This document shows positions 12,590 to 26,600 of a DNA stretch of 64,000 nucleotides, one piece after another (position 1 is the first letter of the stretch; the number at the start of each line of letters is the position of its first letter). The notes under the pieces are model-generated. The model searched no databases and had not been told where the DNA came from. It was given only the letters and a program-made list of their open reading frames with translations. The stretch comes from Podarcis gaigeae (Eukaryota). The stretch lies in assembly GCA_964106915.2 (NCBI GenBank), contig OZ066914.1; one strand, written 5' to 3'. Both the position numbers and the translations under genes were made by a program.

Positions 12590-12830
12590 GTGAGCCAGGA
12601 CATCTCGGGTTCAGATCTTGCCTCTGCCAAGAATTCACTAGCTGCCCTTAGGCAAGCTACTATCTCAGTCTTTGCTGAGCTATCCCGACCCCCTGCAATC
12701 TGCAGCAGGAGATAACTATGCTAGCCTCCTTATGAAGATGTTCCATGGATTACTGAGGTCATGCATGTGAAATGCTTTGAACTCTTTCTGAAGCACTGTA
12801 TAGAATGCTAATGTTATTCATTATTATTGT
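12590..12830 (+). mobile_element. MIR/CORE-like SINE, ancient
   Basis: GGGTTCAGATC..CTCTGCC..CTTAGGCAAG core and CATGTGAAATGCTTTG..AATGCTAATGTTATT..ATTATT tail. Confidence 0.6.
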
Positions 12831-13467
12831 TCTTCCTGCCAGTTCATTCATTCACTATCTCCATGTGGTTCTCTCCCCAGTGACACTAGTGCAGAGGTTG
12901 CTAACTGTTTTAGGTCTGTGGGCATATTTGGATTTTTGAATGAGAATCGTGGGTGCCACCCCCTCTAATCACCTCTCTCTCCCCTCTCCTGGATCAGCCA
13001 CTCCCTATGAGACAGAAAGCATGAAAGTGTACTCACACACACTTCACTTGTCCAAGGGATCTGAATGAAAGCCAACAAAATTTATATGTGAGCCTTTAAG
13101 ATGCACAGAGCTGAAAAGTAGGAAGTTGGGAAGAAAAAACTAACTGACCTCATTTTGGGGGACAGCAGCTTTGTGAGCAGCAGGGGAAGAGTTCACAGGC
13201 ACAATTGTATGCAGGTGCACCATCCTGATGACTCCTGTACTAGAAGGTATTATATGAAGGGGGAGAGAAAAAAGCAGTGACTTTTCGCCAGCTTTTAAGG
13301 GGACAGAAACTCTCCATACTATATCCAAGTTATTACTTGTGCAAAAAATGTCCTGAGGGCTAGGTTGGGGTAAAATAACTGGAATATAAGGCAAAAGAGG
13401 TGTTCTCTGCTTTTCTGATTGCCTCTGATGGGAAACACTTGCAGTTTCTCCTAGTATTTCTTCTGTA

Positions 13468-13817
13468 AAGGTAAAGAGACCCCAAACCATTAGGTCCAGT
13501 CGCGGACGACTCTGGGGTTGCGGCGCTCATTTCGCTTTATGGGCCGAGGGAGCCGGAGTACAGCTTCCTGGTCATGTGGCCAGCATGACTAAGCTGCTTC
13601 TGCTGAACCAGAGCAGTGCACGGAAATGCCGTTTACCTTCCCGCCAGAGCAGTACCTATTTATCTACTTGCATTTTGACGTGCTTTCAAACTGCTAGGTT
13701 GGCAGGAGCAGGGACCGAACCATGGAAGCTCACCCCATAGCGGGGATTCAAACCACCAACCTTCTGATTGGCAAGCCCTAGGCTCTGTGGTTTGGAACAT
13801 AGCACCACCAGCGTCCC
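13468..13817 (-). mobile_element. Full-length Sauria (Squam1) SINE
   Basis: Minus strand starts GGGACGCTGGTGGTGCT and ends TTTACCTTT. 12-bp TSD ATTTCTTCTGTA at 13456-13467 and 13818-13829. Homologous to 36863-37216. Confidence 0.95.
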
Positions 13818-16800
13818 ATTTCTTCTGTACTAGGAAATATTTCTGCTGGAGAAGAGTCATCCCAACCTCAGTGCTAATGCAGAGGGTGAGGAGTAAGTAC
13901 AATAGCTGGGATGAGGCTCTGGGCATTGTCTCAGAAGAGAACACTCATTGCCTTGCACTCATCAAGCTGTTATTTCGCTTTTGCGCTCTTTGGTATTCAG
14001 CTCACAGTCTTTGAACGGATGCTTCAGATCCATTTCAGTTAATGAAGTCTTTCTTCAGAGAACAGCCTCAGATATTGAAGATTCTAATTTGCCTGGCACT
14101 CTTGAAGTGCAAGTCCTCGGGTTTAGGTATTCAATACCTTCCTCTCCCCTCTTGGAAAATACTTGCCCTCCAAATGCATAAATGCAAGATAGCTGGTAGC
14201 AAAATAAAATACTGCGCTTTGTACTACCTCTGTGACTCCCAGTCACTCCATTACAGGCTCTATTAACGGAAATTAAGAGTACAAAGGGTAGCTAAATGAA
14301 AGCATTCTTCCTCTTCTGCTAGTTGTAGCTAATGCAGAGCCCTAGGATGTTGCAATTAGACATTTCTTCACCAGACTGACCTCAATGGGAAACAAATGAA
14401 CCTATCCAAGTGATTCTCCTCCAGGCATTGCTGCTACCACTGAGCATCAGCTGCTGCGGGAACCTGCTAGGAAGAATTGGATTGCTGCTTTGGAAAGAAC
14501 AGCCTTTCTTTTTAATACAGGAGGAAGAACAATTTGGAAAAACAGAAAAGGAGAGGAGAATGAAGAACTGTTTAAAATGGGCAAAAAAGTAATTAAGGGA
14601 TATAAGGGGAAAAGAGATGGGAATATTATGTTGTTACCAGCTCCATAAACATGCTTTGATTCTTATTATGCTTTCATTATAATAAAGGTCAGAAAGCTAT
14701 TCCACCACCTACCCTTCTGAGAAAAGGCCATGCCCAAATCTTCTGGATTTTATTAGAAAATTTTAATAAATGCATGAATAAATGAATGGCAGACCCCCTG
14801 GAAATAGACACAGTTGCAAAAGGTCTCCTGAAAAAGAGAGATGGAACCCAAACCCCAAATGATGGAGCATTTATAGGCCTGTAACCAAAGAGGTGAAGTC
14901 GGTTGTGCAGATCCCGAAGCAGAAAATAGATGCCATCAAGGGAATCAGGGGCAAAACGCTATTTGCCAGTGCCTGGGGCCAGTGTGTGCCACCGGGCAGG
15001 CACTCGTGTGCCAGGCAGGGGCAAGACATGGAGGGTGCTCTGCACTCTGCACTCTCCAGCCCCCACTGTAGAGGGGGATCTCTGCGGGGCTGCCTGGTTT
15101 GCAGCCCCCTCTGAATTGTGCAAGTGGGGCACAAGAATCCCATGCTAAAAAGCCATGTGACTGGCCTCACTCATGCGCTTCTATACTTTTAAATGTTACT
15201 ACAGCACCATGAAACATGCCCACAGAAAGGCAGCTCACATAGTGCTGCTGTAGCTGTGAAAGGTACCTTTTGGTTTGCCTGTTCCCACATCTAGGACAAT
15301 TTGATGCTTGCTTAGGGTGAGTTTTAAGTTTGTTGTTATTATCTGTGAAGACTTTTGGTTGCTTTTTGTGACTTAGGGAGTGTGAGAGCTCCTGGTTTGA
15401 CTTAACCATGTACATATTTATAAAATCTGAGTGATGTGCATTTGGATGAGTTGATTTGAACATTCCCCTTGGTTTCCATTATTTTACCAACATCATCAAC
15501 AACGTCATCATTATTATTGAATTAATTAAATTTGTATAGTCTCCAAGATGTGAAGATCCCAGGGAAGTCTAGGAAGCTTTTATATCCCAGACCACTATTC
15601 CTACACTGAGGCTGAGGTTGTAAGCACTAAAGCTACTTTATTAAGCATATGGCAGAACAAAAGAAAACATGTCTCCTCTTTCTGGTCTTCCTCGGAGAGA
15701 AGTCAGAAGTGAAAGCAAAAACAAATGGAAACAGAGTACAGCAAACATCCGCTCTGGTGATTCCAACAGTTGGTGCTGGAATGCATAACACAGACATGTG
15801 ATGAACCAATCCTACATATCTGCACAGTGAGAGGAATAGAAATCCAACAACTAGGACACTATAAAGTTTTGGAAAACAGCATAGTATTATGATAAAAGGT
15901 GAAATTTACAGTGCTGGGACTGTATACCTTGCTCCTGTGACCAGTGCCAATGGGAACTTTAATAGCTACAAATTAAATTCACATTTAGCACTTGGTACAA
16001 ACATTAATTAACTAATCTTCACAATACCCCTGTGGGAAAGCCATGTCATTATGCCTACTCAGAAAGGTTAAGTGAATTGCCTCTGTCCACGCAACAAGCC
16101 AGACTCTGTACTGGGATTGGCATTTATAAATAGTTACCGTTTAGGGTTGCAATTCATTAATAAGGAGAGGGGTGCTGATTTTCATTTTCTCTGCTCATGC
16201 CTCCTTCCTCACCTAGGATTTCTGCCGCCTGCACCTTTTACTGCCATGGAACCAACATTGGAAGGAAAGAACCAACCAACACACACACCAAGAGAGTATT
16301 CTGAAAATTCTGCACTGCTCTCATGGAAAAAGTACTGACCCAAAATCCAGGTGTTTGGAACATGTGGTTAATGCAAAGGAAAATTGCGTGCATGTTGAGA
16401 ATTGGGTTACATGGTTTTGATGCCACATTTCCCACTGACAAATAAGCAGGCAGTCTTCAACAGTGGGAACGCAAATCCAATCAGCAAAATTCCATGTTTG
16501 GATGAAGTTCATTCCAGTGCATACATAGCCTTTGAACTGACAAGTGAACTATTCCTTAAGGGGCGCATTAACACATGCTGAATATACAGCTAATCATTAG
16601 CATGATGCTGGTCATATGAGTCAGTTTTGCATTGGTGGCTAATCAGCTGCTTTTAGGTTTTTTTTCTTACAATCAAGTGGTATTTAGATTTTATGACATA
16701 AAATAAAATCCATATTGTAATAGTTTATAGCCATCCAGAAGGTCATTTAAATGTTTGTGTGTGCCAGTGAGCACATTTCAGGAAATCGGGGAAATGATAT

Positions 16801-17706
16801 AATGTGATGAGGGTGTGCACATTTATATAAGGCTGAGCGTGTGTTTGTATAAGGTACGTATGATATAAGGTTGATGATGTTAAAAAATAACTGACCCAAA
16901 AGTGAAGAAGTCTAATCTGGACAGTTTTTCATTTTAAATTGTTTATCTAAATGTCAAAAGAAACATTTGCAAGCTGATCAGAGATGTTTTCCACAGAAAA
17001 CAGGTTTACATTTTCCTAGCAGAAAACTGATATGTTAGTAGAATGAACCATAGTCTGACCTAGCAAGTTTTGAGGTACAATCTATATGTTAGGAGGACAG
17101 TAAAATCCCATATAGATTACAGAGGGAATTTCCCCTTGTGAAAGTTTAGTTTTCGTGAATGAGGGTAGTGGAAAAACCATTCCAATGTGGTTTATGAAGA
17201 AGAGAATCCTGGTACTATTTATTCCATGACCGAAGCCTCAATTATCAGGTTAATGAGAGGTCAGGCTTCTTAAATCTTTTGGGAATTACACAACAGAAAA
17301 CATACTGTTAAGGAAGTCAGAGCAAAGCAGGCAGTTGATTGCAGATCCTAGCGTAAAATGCAACCAATTAAATAAGTGTGATTACCAGGGTTTGCACAGC
17401 TCCTTCTTTACTGGCCACACTCCAGAGCTATTTCAGCAAACAATGAGTATCTGCAGTTCAAAGACCTCTAGGAAATGTGCTTGTACTCATGTGGCTAGCA
17501 AGAGAAACCACATAACAATGCAATGGGGAGTCTAAACAGTACTGAAATGAGTCCTCAAATCAACAGCAAAAGGAGTGCAGGCACATTACTCTCAATGGAA
17601 TGTCCAAAGCCAGCTTCTTTGGCATTCTTATGTAATGAGAGATCAGGGTAGACTTAAACATGATATGCATTGAACCAAAAATGCAAGTTAAACTGCAGTT
17701 CACAGA

Positions 17707-17743
17707 GTTCCTTCCTTCCTTCCTTCCTTCCTTCCTTCCTTCT
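17707..17743. repeat. (TTCC)n microsatellite
   Basis: Direct tandem repeat. Confidence 0.95.
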
Positions 17744-19961
17744 AACGTATTTTCCTTGTTTATTGTAAAAAAAATGGGATTAATATTTTGGTATCTCTAA
17801 TATGTCTTACTTTAAAACAAAAACAAAAAACAAAAAAAAAATCCTGTAATTATAAAGTGCAGTATATATGCATTTCATTCCTCTGATATTTTGGTGAGAC
17901 AGAATGTATACCCTTGTATGGTAGCTTGTGAAGCAGAAGCCAGTCCTAGCAAGCATAAAAAGTCCACTCTTTGCCTGCCAATTGCACAAACAACAGGATT
18001 GATAAATAGTCTGAAGTAGTCTGAGGTATGCAGATTGTCCTACTGTTATTGAGCTGTTATTCTGGTTCCACTACACCAGCTATCTCAGCTTTTCTGAGCC
18101 ATATAATACCTTGGCACAACATTTACTTCATACCCAGTAAATTTCTGAGATGCTTAGACTATTTTGAAAACAAGAACAATCTAGTCCCAAACTGCAGATT
18201 CACCTAATTCCAGTGCAAACTGGGTATTTTTTTGAGAATCCCCTGAATCACACTTGGACTCCATAGACTTATTCAGAGATCTGTTGACTAAACTCTAGGA
18301 AAAGCCAAATATACCAGTCAGGGTCACCTGGTTTCATGGGACATAAATGAAACATTCACAAGGACTTGAGGTCATTGTGTGGGCGCCTTAATACAATATA
18401 GGATCTGAAATGGATTAAGAATCTGCTGTACAATTCAGTGATTCCTCATGTATTCCTTGGCAAAATCAGCTCAAACAAATCCAGATTCACCACAGAAGTT
18501 CACTATTTTTTCTGGAATCCAACAGGAATGCTAGCTCTTAAACAAGGTTAAGGGGTCAATGCTTATTCTGAGAGTTACTTCATTCAATTACAGTTATTCC
18601 TCAGGGGCACCTATAGCTCTGGACACAGCCATCACATCCTTATGGGAAGTGTTAATTTTCTCTTAGATAATTGTTTTCCATTTCTTACCAGTACAAGATT
18701 GTACAGATATCCTCTGTGGTTTTTCTGCTGGTGACTTGATAGAAACGGCGTGCTGATATTTTGCTTCATACACAGGGGAATGACTAGATTCTCGTTAAAC
18801 TTGCCATTTCATATTTTATTGTTAACCCCATCATTTATATAGTACCAGACAGTCTTCCAATTTGTTCATTCTTCATATGCTCTGCCTTATTAATTCATGA
18901 CAGGACCTTAGTATTTGCTTGCATACTGATTTAGCTTGTCAATTTGAAGAGTTAGGCCATCAGCAAAATCCAGATACCCCGGAACGTTTATTTCTTTGTC
19001 AAAAAGATTCCAGGGTGGTGTACAAAAGTGTGAATAATCCTATGCACATTTGCTTCAAAGCTCCATTGTGTTCAAGGGATTTAATCCTAGAAAAGTGTGC
19101 ATAGGATTTGTAGAGTACATGAACTGGAGCCAAACCATACTATGACTGTGCTATCAGTCTCTTGTAACAAAGTTGATCTTGACTGTGAAATGGGAATGGA
19201 AGTAACTTTAGTGGTGTCACTTTTGATGCTAAACACTTGATTCAAATCTTCATTTATAAAAAAAAAACTTAGTGTTTAAATGTGCTGTGTCTTCAACATG
19301 CCTAACAGAGCAGTCCAAACGCCTGATCTGCTGTGCTAGAGGTGGTTTGGGTACAGCAGGTGTTCCTCTGCCCAGATCTGCTTGGCTCCACCAGAAAGTC
19401 ATACCAGAAAATGGAGGAGCATATAACCACATGGTTCACTTTTGCTCATTCCCTTCATAGTGATGTCTAGGTCAGCAGCAATGGTCAAAATGACCTTTCA
19501 ATGACTGCTGAAATGCAAGAAATTTCTGAAAGTATGAGATGGGCACTTGCTATGGAACTAGACAGAGATGCCATAGCCTAAGAAACTCCTCCCTTCATCA
19601 GGAAGTATCAATAACATCTCCCATTAAAATTTACAGTCTGATTGTGCACTCTACCACAGAGTTGCTGTTTTAATTAACAAGATGGATTTCAGAGGTGATA
19701 TGTTCTGTTGTGCTATAATTCCTGCCTTTACAGTAATTTTCTCCTGCTTTTCACACTATAATGTGCTATAAATCCTACTTAGGCTGCTTCACTGGCCTGT
19801 TACTACTCTGAGTCAATCTTTCAGGCCTTCTGTTGCTATAGCAACCTCCAGCCATCCTCCAGCTTGCTGGAATATGATACAGTCTCCTGGGGAAATTGCT
19901 ATGAACTTGAGGATCACAGAGATTTCAGCCCCTGATGCTTGAATCTGGTCCTGTCTCTTTT

Positions 19962-19987
19962 TAGTAGTAGTAGTAGTAGTAGTAGTA
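19962..19987. repeat. (TAG)n microsatellite
   Basis: Direct tandem repeat. Confidence 0.95.
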
Positions 19988-22900
19988 ATAGCCACTGTCT
20001 TAACTCCCCACCCACCCTGAGCTCTTTTGTGCTGTTTGTGTGTGTTTGTGTGTGACGGAAAATAAAGTCAACTGGAAGATCATTCTCCTTTTCAGCCTTC
20101 TCGAAAGAGAAAGCCTAAAAAATAATGTAGACTTAGCTGGTTTTAATGCCTAAACAAACCAGGCACAATTGGAGCGGCTTCTCCTCCCACCCTCTCTCCT
20201 TTGTTTCCATTTTCTTTCTTTCTCTTCCTAATCTTGTCTTCTCATATGTTCACGGTCTCAGAATGTTCATTTCACAATTCCAGTTTATGAATACATGTCC
20301 TCATTCTTAATCCTCCTCAGCCTACCAGCCTCTTTTCTCTCAGACTTTATTCACACTATTTTCTGCCTTATCTTTTACCCTCCATCATTTATTTGTTTTT
20401 CTGCTTCTTTTTGTATGTGTCATTGTTTCTCCATCCCATTTCTTCCCCACCACAAATCATTTAGGTGAAGACGGGCGGGGGGGGGAGGGGGGAATCTATC
20501 ACACAAGACAAAGGGTCATATATCAGCTCTTTCTGCTTCCTCCAGCTACATACCACATCTTACACAGACTGGGGCGTTCACATGTTACATTCAACAAGAA
20601 TAAAACCTGTGTACCAATACGCAAACAATTGACCTGTACAAATCAACAAGCATACACTCCCCCCCTCCCCACAAGCAGCATACTGTATATTTGCATGTTA
20701 GTTTCACCAATTTGTGCATTTTGGGGCACTATCTAGTATGTGATTTTTGTACGCATTGTATGGTTTGATAACTGTATGCAAAGATAAATCATTTCTAAAT
20801 CCCGCTCTGCCAAATTCAAGATTGAATGTCAAAAAGAGAACAAATACACATCAAAGTGCCAACCCTAACACCAGATTGTAGGTAGGAATTGGAGCATTAG
20901 GACACAACCTTTGTCCCCTCTAGGTATGTTAAATGATCTTAAAGGTTCTGTAATAACTGATGTTGGATCATCCCATCTAGACACTGTCAGGTAACTGGTA
21001 CTGTGCTTCTCAATGTACAAGAAGATTCAATAAGCCACCTCTCTTTGGGGTACTGCTGCCTCAAAGATAAAAAAAACCACATTGCTGCCCAGCTCAACTA
21101 GATCATGACTAGTTCAGTGCAATGCTATAGGCTTCCATATGCATTGAAATAAATCAATGATGCGTTAGCGATTGCTTTGCCACTGCTATTTAATGTGCAT
21201 GTTTGACTTTTCCCTGCTTTTAAATTTTATAGTGAGTTTTAGTGCCGGTGATAATACTTAGTACTTATGGGGCACGTTATGTTCACAAACATTAACCAAT
21301 TAAGAAATAAAAAGGAGTGATGGCTACAATTGTCTTCAGCAATGCCAAGCAAGCACAAAAGTCCAATGCCTTCACCATCACATTCTGTGAAGTGAGTAGC
21401 ACATTCATAGGTTGAAACAAAATCATTCTTCTCACACTTCAAACAGAGAGAGCCTGGGATTCCATCTAAGACAGGATTGAGACCGCAACCCAGGGGCAGT
21501 GCTTCCTGTTTCATCACTTGAGGTGAAATGGGCAATTCTGCTTTTCCCTGCCCTGCTCTGCCACTGCCACACCTGCTACCACCAGTTGCATTTCTCCTTT
21601 TGCCCTGCTGCAATTTCAGGCAAGAGCTCACCCAATTGGGGTAAGATCTTGCATGCTCGTGAGATCTCATGCGATTTCAGCCAATACTGGCAGCAGGGCA
21701 GGCAGGGAGCCTGCAAGGTAGCTGCCTCAGTTTGCCTAATGGCAGAGCCGGCTCTGACAGAACCACAGCTTCAGGTGGGGAGATGCATTTCTGAAGTGGA
21801 CCAAGCACCAGATACTTTCCACTGATCCCAGAAGTATTCTAGAAATAAATGGAAGCCATAAGCGCAGGGAGCTGCTTTGGTGTCCCCCTACCTGCCTGAA
21901 AGGCCTTGGATTATATGAGGTGAGGTGAGGTTCTTGTATGGGGTGTGGACAGGAACAGCACTGGCCCTACCTTTTGGCAGAGTGAGGCAACTGCCTCAGG
22001 TGCTGAATCCTGTAGGCAGGCAGTAGTGGAAGGATATTGGAGGAGAGACTTGTGTGCCTCCCCTGCACCTCCTAAACTATTCTGCTGCCCTCAGGTGCAG
22101 AGGAAGACACTATTCCAGCACCAGTGTTGAAAGAAGATCCAGATGCCCACCTAGCAAACTTCTATACATAGAATGGAAAGGTGGCACCAACCTGCAGAAA
22201 AATGTCCTGGGCCACTCCTGTATGAGTGACTGTGCTAATGTTCCAGTGGACTTGAGTTACAGCAAATGGGTGAGCTGTGTTTTCTTTTTTTTACCCTAGT
22301 CTTGCTTTAATGCAGATCTTCCATCCTGGGATTCTAAGCACCATCTGAATCCTGGGATGCTAGAGCTACTGACTGGAATAACTGACTGGAAAACACAACA
22401 CCCCTTGCTACATTATAGGCTCTCTATCCTAGCATGAAGAGAGTATCAGGATATGGAGTAAAACTACCACCACCACCACCCACAGAAGCCAGAAATTAGA
22501 AAGCTTTCAGGAAATGAAGAGGTTACAATGAAATATAAAACAGCACTTGAATAAAAGATCATGATATAGTCAGATGTTGGTCATGTGTCCCTCTTCTTTG
22601 CTATTAAAACATAATTCTCTTCCTGAATATGGCAGGTTACAGATGATCATTTTACAATCATTTACCACATGTCCTCACACAAGTGCTGTTTGCCTTCTCT
22701 ACTTCCACCTTCAGGAATGCAAAAGTGCTGATTGGCATACTTTCATTTTGTGGTTCAGCAGCACTCGCCATATATAGGCTCCAGTCATTTGAAATCCTCA
22801 TCTTAAACACACACACACATTCTCTCTCTTTCTGCTGAACTGTCAGCCTTTCTGTGCCAGCTCCAGGATGGACAGTGTGTTTCCACCAGTGATTGATTTA

Positions 22901-23429
22901 TGTGTGTTCGTGGTTTGAACTTGGGGACAATGACTTCATCCTGCGATGATAATGTTGTCAGGGTGAGTGGGATGCCCACCTGTGTAGAGGATTAATTGGC
23001 TGCCCTCAAGTGATGAGACTGCGGTTGGTTAGAACATTACCATGTTGCAAGGCAGGTGCTACCGCTGCAGACTTAATGGCCACTTCTCTGTAAGGAGCTT
23101 GCATTGAGCAATTGGCCAAAGCTCAGTGGTTAAAACATTCATGTTAGCCTCTCTTCTATAGCTCCTGGGAGCTTTTGCATATGAACTTGGTTAAACTCGG
23201 GTTCAGTTCAGGTATCTGGTCCACACATCCATTAAATGTTGCTTTCTTCTGTAGGTGGCAGTAGGATCAATGTCAACTATACTGGAAGGCTTGTTGGAAA
23301 ACCAAAATAATATGGCACTTTGTAGTTCATTTGTTCTTCTTGCACAAGGTGTGGATACAGGTTTCTTTACTAAGTTGCACTTATTAACTTGTAGCTTAAA
23401 TGAGTTCAAGGTGGCGTATGTGGCTTTGC

Positions 23430-23680
23430 ACCCTGTTCCACTGTATTCTCACAACTAGCTTGTGAGGTAAGTCAGGCAGAGAAATAGTGGGTGGCCAAGG
23501 TGACTCAGTGAACTTCATTTAAACAAGTGTGAGAGCCAGTGCAGTGTAGGACCTTGGAGACCAGCATTCAAAACCTTGCTTAGCATGAAGTTCACTGGGT
23601 GACCTTGGGCCAGTCACAATTCCTCAGCCTAAACTAAATCACAGGCATGCTGTGAGGGTAAAATGAAGAGGAAGGAGTGT
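23430..23680. mobile_element. Two decayed CORE/Squam2-like SINE fragments, back to back (minus then plus)
   Basis: CACAACTAGCTTGTGAGGTAAGTCAGGCAGAGA..GGCCAAGG (minus) and GAGCCAGTG..TCACTGGGTGACCTTGGGCCAGTCAC..CTCAGCCTAA (plus). Confidence 0.6.
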
Positions 23681-26600
23681 GGGGGAAGGGAGAGAGAGAG
23701 AATTGGACAGAGTGTGTGCACACCATGGTAGTTTGGTCATCTCTATGGGCCCACTGAAACCAGAAAATCCAAATAACTGAGGCAGGAACATATGAAACCT
23801 ACATCCTTCTCATTCTACTTTTTCAACAGCTTGCTCTCTGGATAAGACTACAGAAGCATGCTCACAGCACACAAACTTAGGAGATATATTTGACTATATA
23901 CTCGATCCCCACCAATGGAAAGTCAATATTTCTAAAACAAATCCCTGTTACCAATACTTTTCAGAGTTTGAAGGTGGGAGATATTTTAGATTATCATGAT
24001 GAAGTTCCAGTATAATTTTTGCAATCTTAACCTGAGAAAGTGAGCGAGGGAGAGACTAAATGAAAATACCGGTATGGAAATGAGTGTTAAGCAAGGAACA
24101 AATCCATAACATATTACATTTATCTAGACATGGATTACACTGGGTGACAATCCAGTCTTATCAGCTGATGAACAGCAAGGCTTCATTAGTGTATAAGGAC
24201 AAGTGTTGAGCAGTATAGGCATTATCCACCCCCACCCCAGCCTCACTGATCGCTCAGAAAGATAAGAAAATTAATTCTGCTGTTTTTCTCTATGCTATGG
24301 AAAAGAAAATGTGAACTTCTACAGTCTTGTCTAGGATAGTGGCTTCTCCAACTTGCAGCCATGCATTTCCATAGAGATCTAAAAGTTGCTAAAAAAATGG
24401 GGGGAAACAGCATCACCCTCACCTTTCAAGAAAATCTAGATATAGAAAGGGGAATTCATGTATGCAAAATTACAATGCAGATGAGACAGAACAAAAAGTA
24501 GAGGAACACAAGTAATTTGTGGTAGAAACAGAAGCTAACAAAGGATATTTAAGATGATGGTTCTTTAAAAATGAGTTGCTACTTGTGTTGAACTGACATT
24601 GTTATGTTGCTGTAATATTACAGCTTCCGTTATGTGTTATGATTTTTTACTGTTCTTGTAGACTGCTTGTTTACTGTGAGCCACTTTAAGCACAAATGTA
24701 TCTGTGTGGGGAAATGTGAGCACTTGGTTTTGCTCTGAAAACATAAAGGGAAAACTAGATTTATCACCAGAAACCTGCCAAAACTATGCAATCCAGTGAG
24801 CTGTGGTGGCACCAGAAGCTTTCCTTTCCAACCAAGTGATGATCTTCAAAAAGCCTGTGCTTTATAACTTAACAACAGAACCTCTGAGCTCAGCATGCTC
24901 CTGTTCTACAATAACTTAAGGAAAGGTTCATTACTACAACTTCTTCATTTTTTCATATATATATTTTTCCATTTTGAGGCTTTAGATTCAAGTTAGTGAT
25001 GGGTTTCACTATAGTGCCTCCTGACTTGTTTATTTGCCATGCAAGGCTGGGGGAATAATGGAGCTGCAAAGGTCTCCAAGCCATATTGTGGAAAGGAAAG
25101 TGCCATTGTTGTTACCAGCACAAAAACCATGACAACTATACACTGACATGAATAAACCAGCACTAGAGGGCAGGATCTCCTGCAATTTCCCATTTACTCT
25201 TGGAATGCGTGGGAACACACAGATTTGGCCTTAAGACGCATGAGCGTTTCCTTACATGGGAGATGTGATGCAAGCTTCTATTTTCACAATCAGACACACA
25301 CAGCTTCTCTCCTCCGGGTGCAGTAGGCAGAAAAGTTGATGTTTAGCCAGTGGAAGCCCAAGTATGAAACACACTGTTGAGTTCACTGAGTAGTCTAGGG
25401 GAAGGCAATGGCCCTGATCCTGCTAAGATGAGTCATGACTAATAGTACGTATTTACTCAGATGTAAGTCTTGCTGCGTCATGTGGGGCTTATTCCTTGGT
25501 GTGTTTAGGTCTGCAGCCTAAGTCCCAATGAAACCAGAGGAATAAGTGAGTTATAATTAACATCTTTCCCCTTGTTTACAACTGGAATTAGTAAGAGTAG
25601 CTAGATCAGGGCCATTGCCTCCCACCTTGCACAGCTGTTGTAAATGAGAGAAAGGGCTGCTGCCACAGGATCAAGAATAAGATGTCGGAAGAGCAGCATG
25701 CGTGGGAGGTCTAGGCACCAACTTTCCCCCACAGCACTTTTCTCTAATGGGTGTCATCAGCTTTTCACTTTCGGGAGCACTAAATTTACCCAGTTTAAAG
25801 AAGAGAAAATGGTTAGTGCCAGAACTGACACCTGTGACATTTTTAAAAAAATGACATTGCTGAACTATTAAGTTATAATCCTGTAGCTGGTTCCCACAAA
25901 TGTTGTCAGGTTCATTCAGATGCTGCAAGAGAGAGTAGCCTTTTTTTGATTTCAGCAAAAGACATCCTGTACACAGGCTGGCACAGTGATGTGCACGTGG
26001 GCTATTACCATGGAAGTAACTGTCACGCTAATGCAGGAAAATACATTAGAATCCTGACCTCCCAGGTACAAACATGCTGTAAAAATGGGCTTGTAAGGAG
26101 TGATTCACTCACTGCTTGCAATAATGGGAATGTACCATCCGAATGCAAATGAGAACAACAGTTAATTATTTTTGCACTGTAACTCTGGGGCTCCTCCTCG
26201 GCCTATGTTAGCTCCTTAAATTGTAGAAGTTGCCATGTCTCTGCCACCTCTAAAAGATTGCAGCTGATTAAATTTTGAGTTCCAGCAGGAAACCCAACAC
26301 TGTCAGAGCTTCAGTTTCATATTTTATGAACACCAACATCCCCGCCACCCCACCCCACCCGCCCAGTCTCTCAATTTCTTCTGTTGCGAGGAGGAAAGTC
26401 AACCGGAAGTGTATATGAAGGTTTTGTTCAGCATTAAGTTAATATAATTATGCTCTCTGATCAGACAATACAAGGCTTGCTCATTGGGAAGGAGGAAAAA
26501 ATGAAGCTTGACTAGCCTGTATCAGAAATGAAATGTAATTCTGAGACTACTGTGTCTGCAGAGTTATACTTAATATGAGCAAGATGAGGTGTTGACAACC

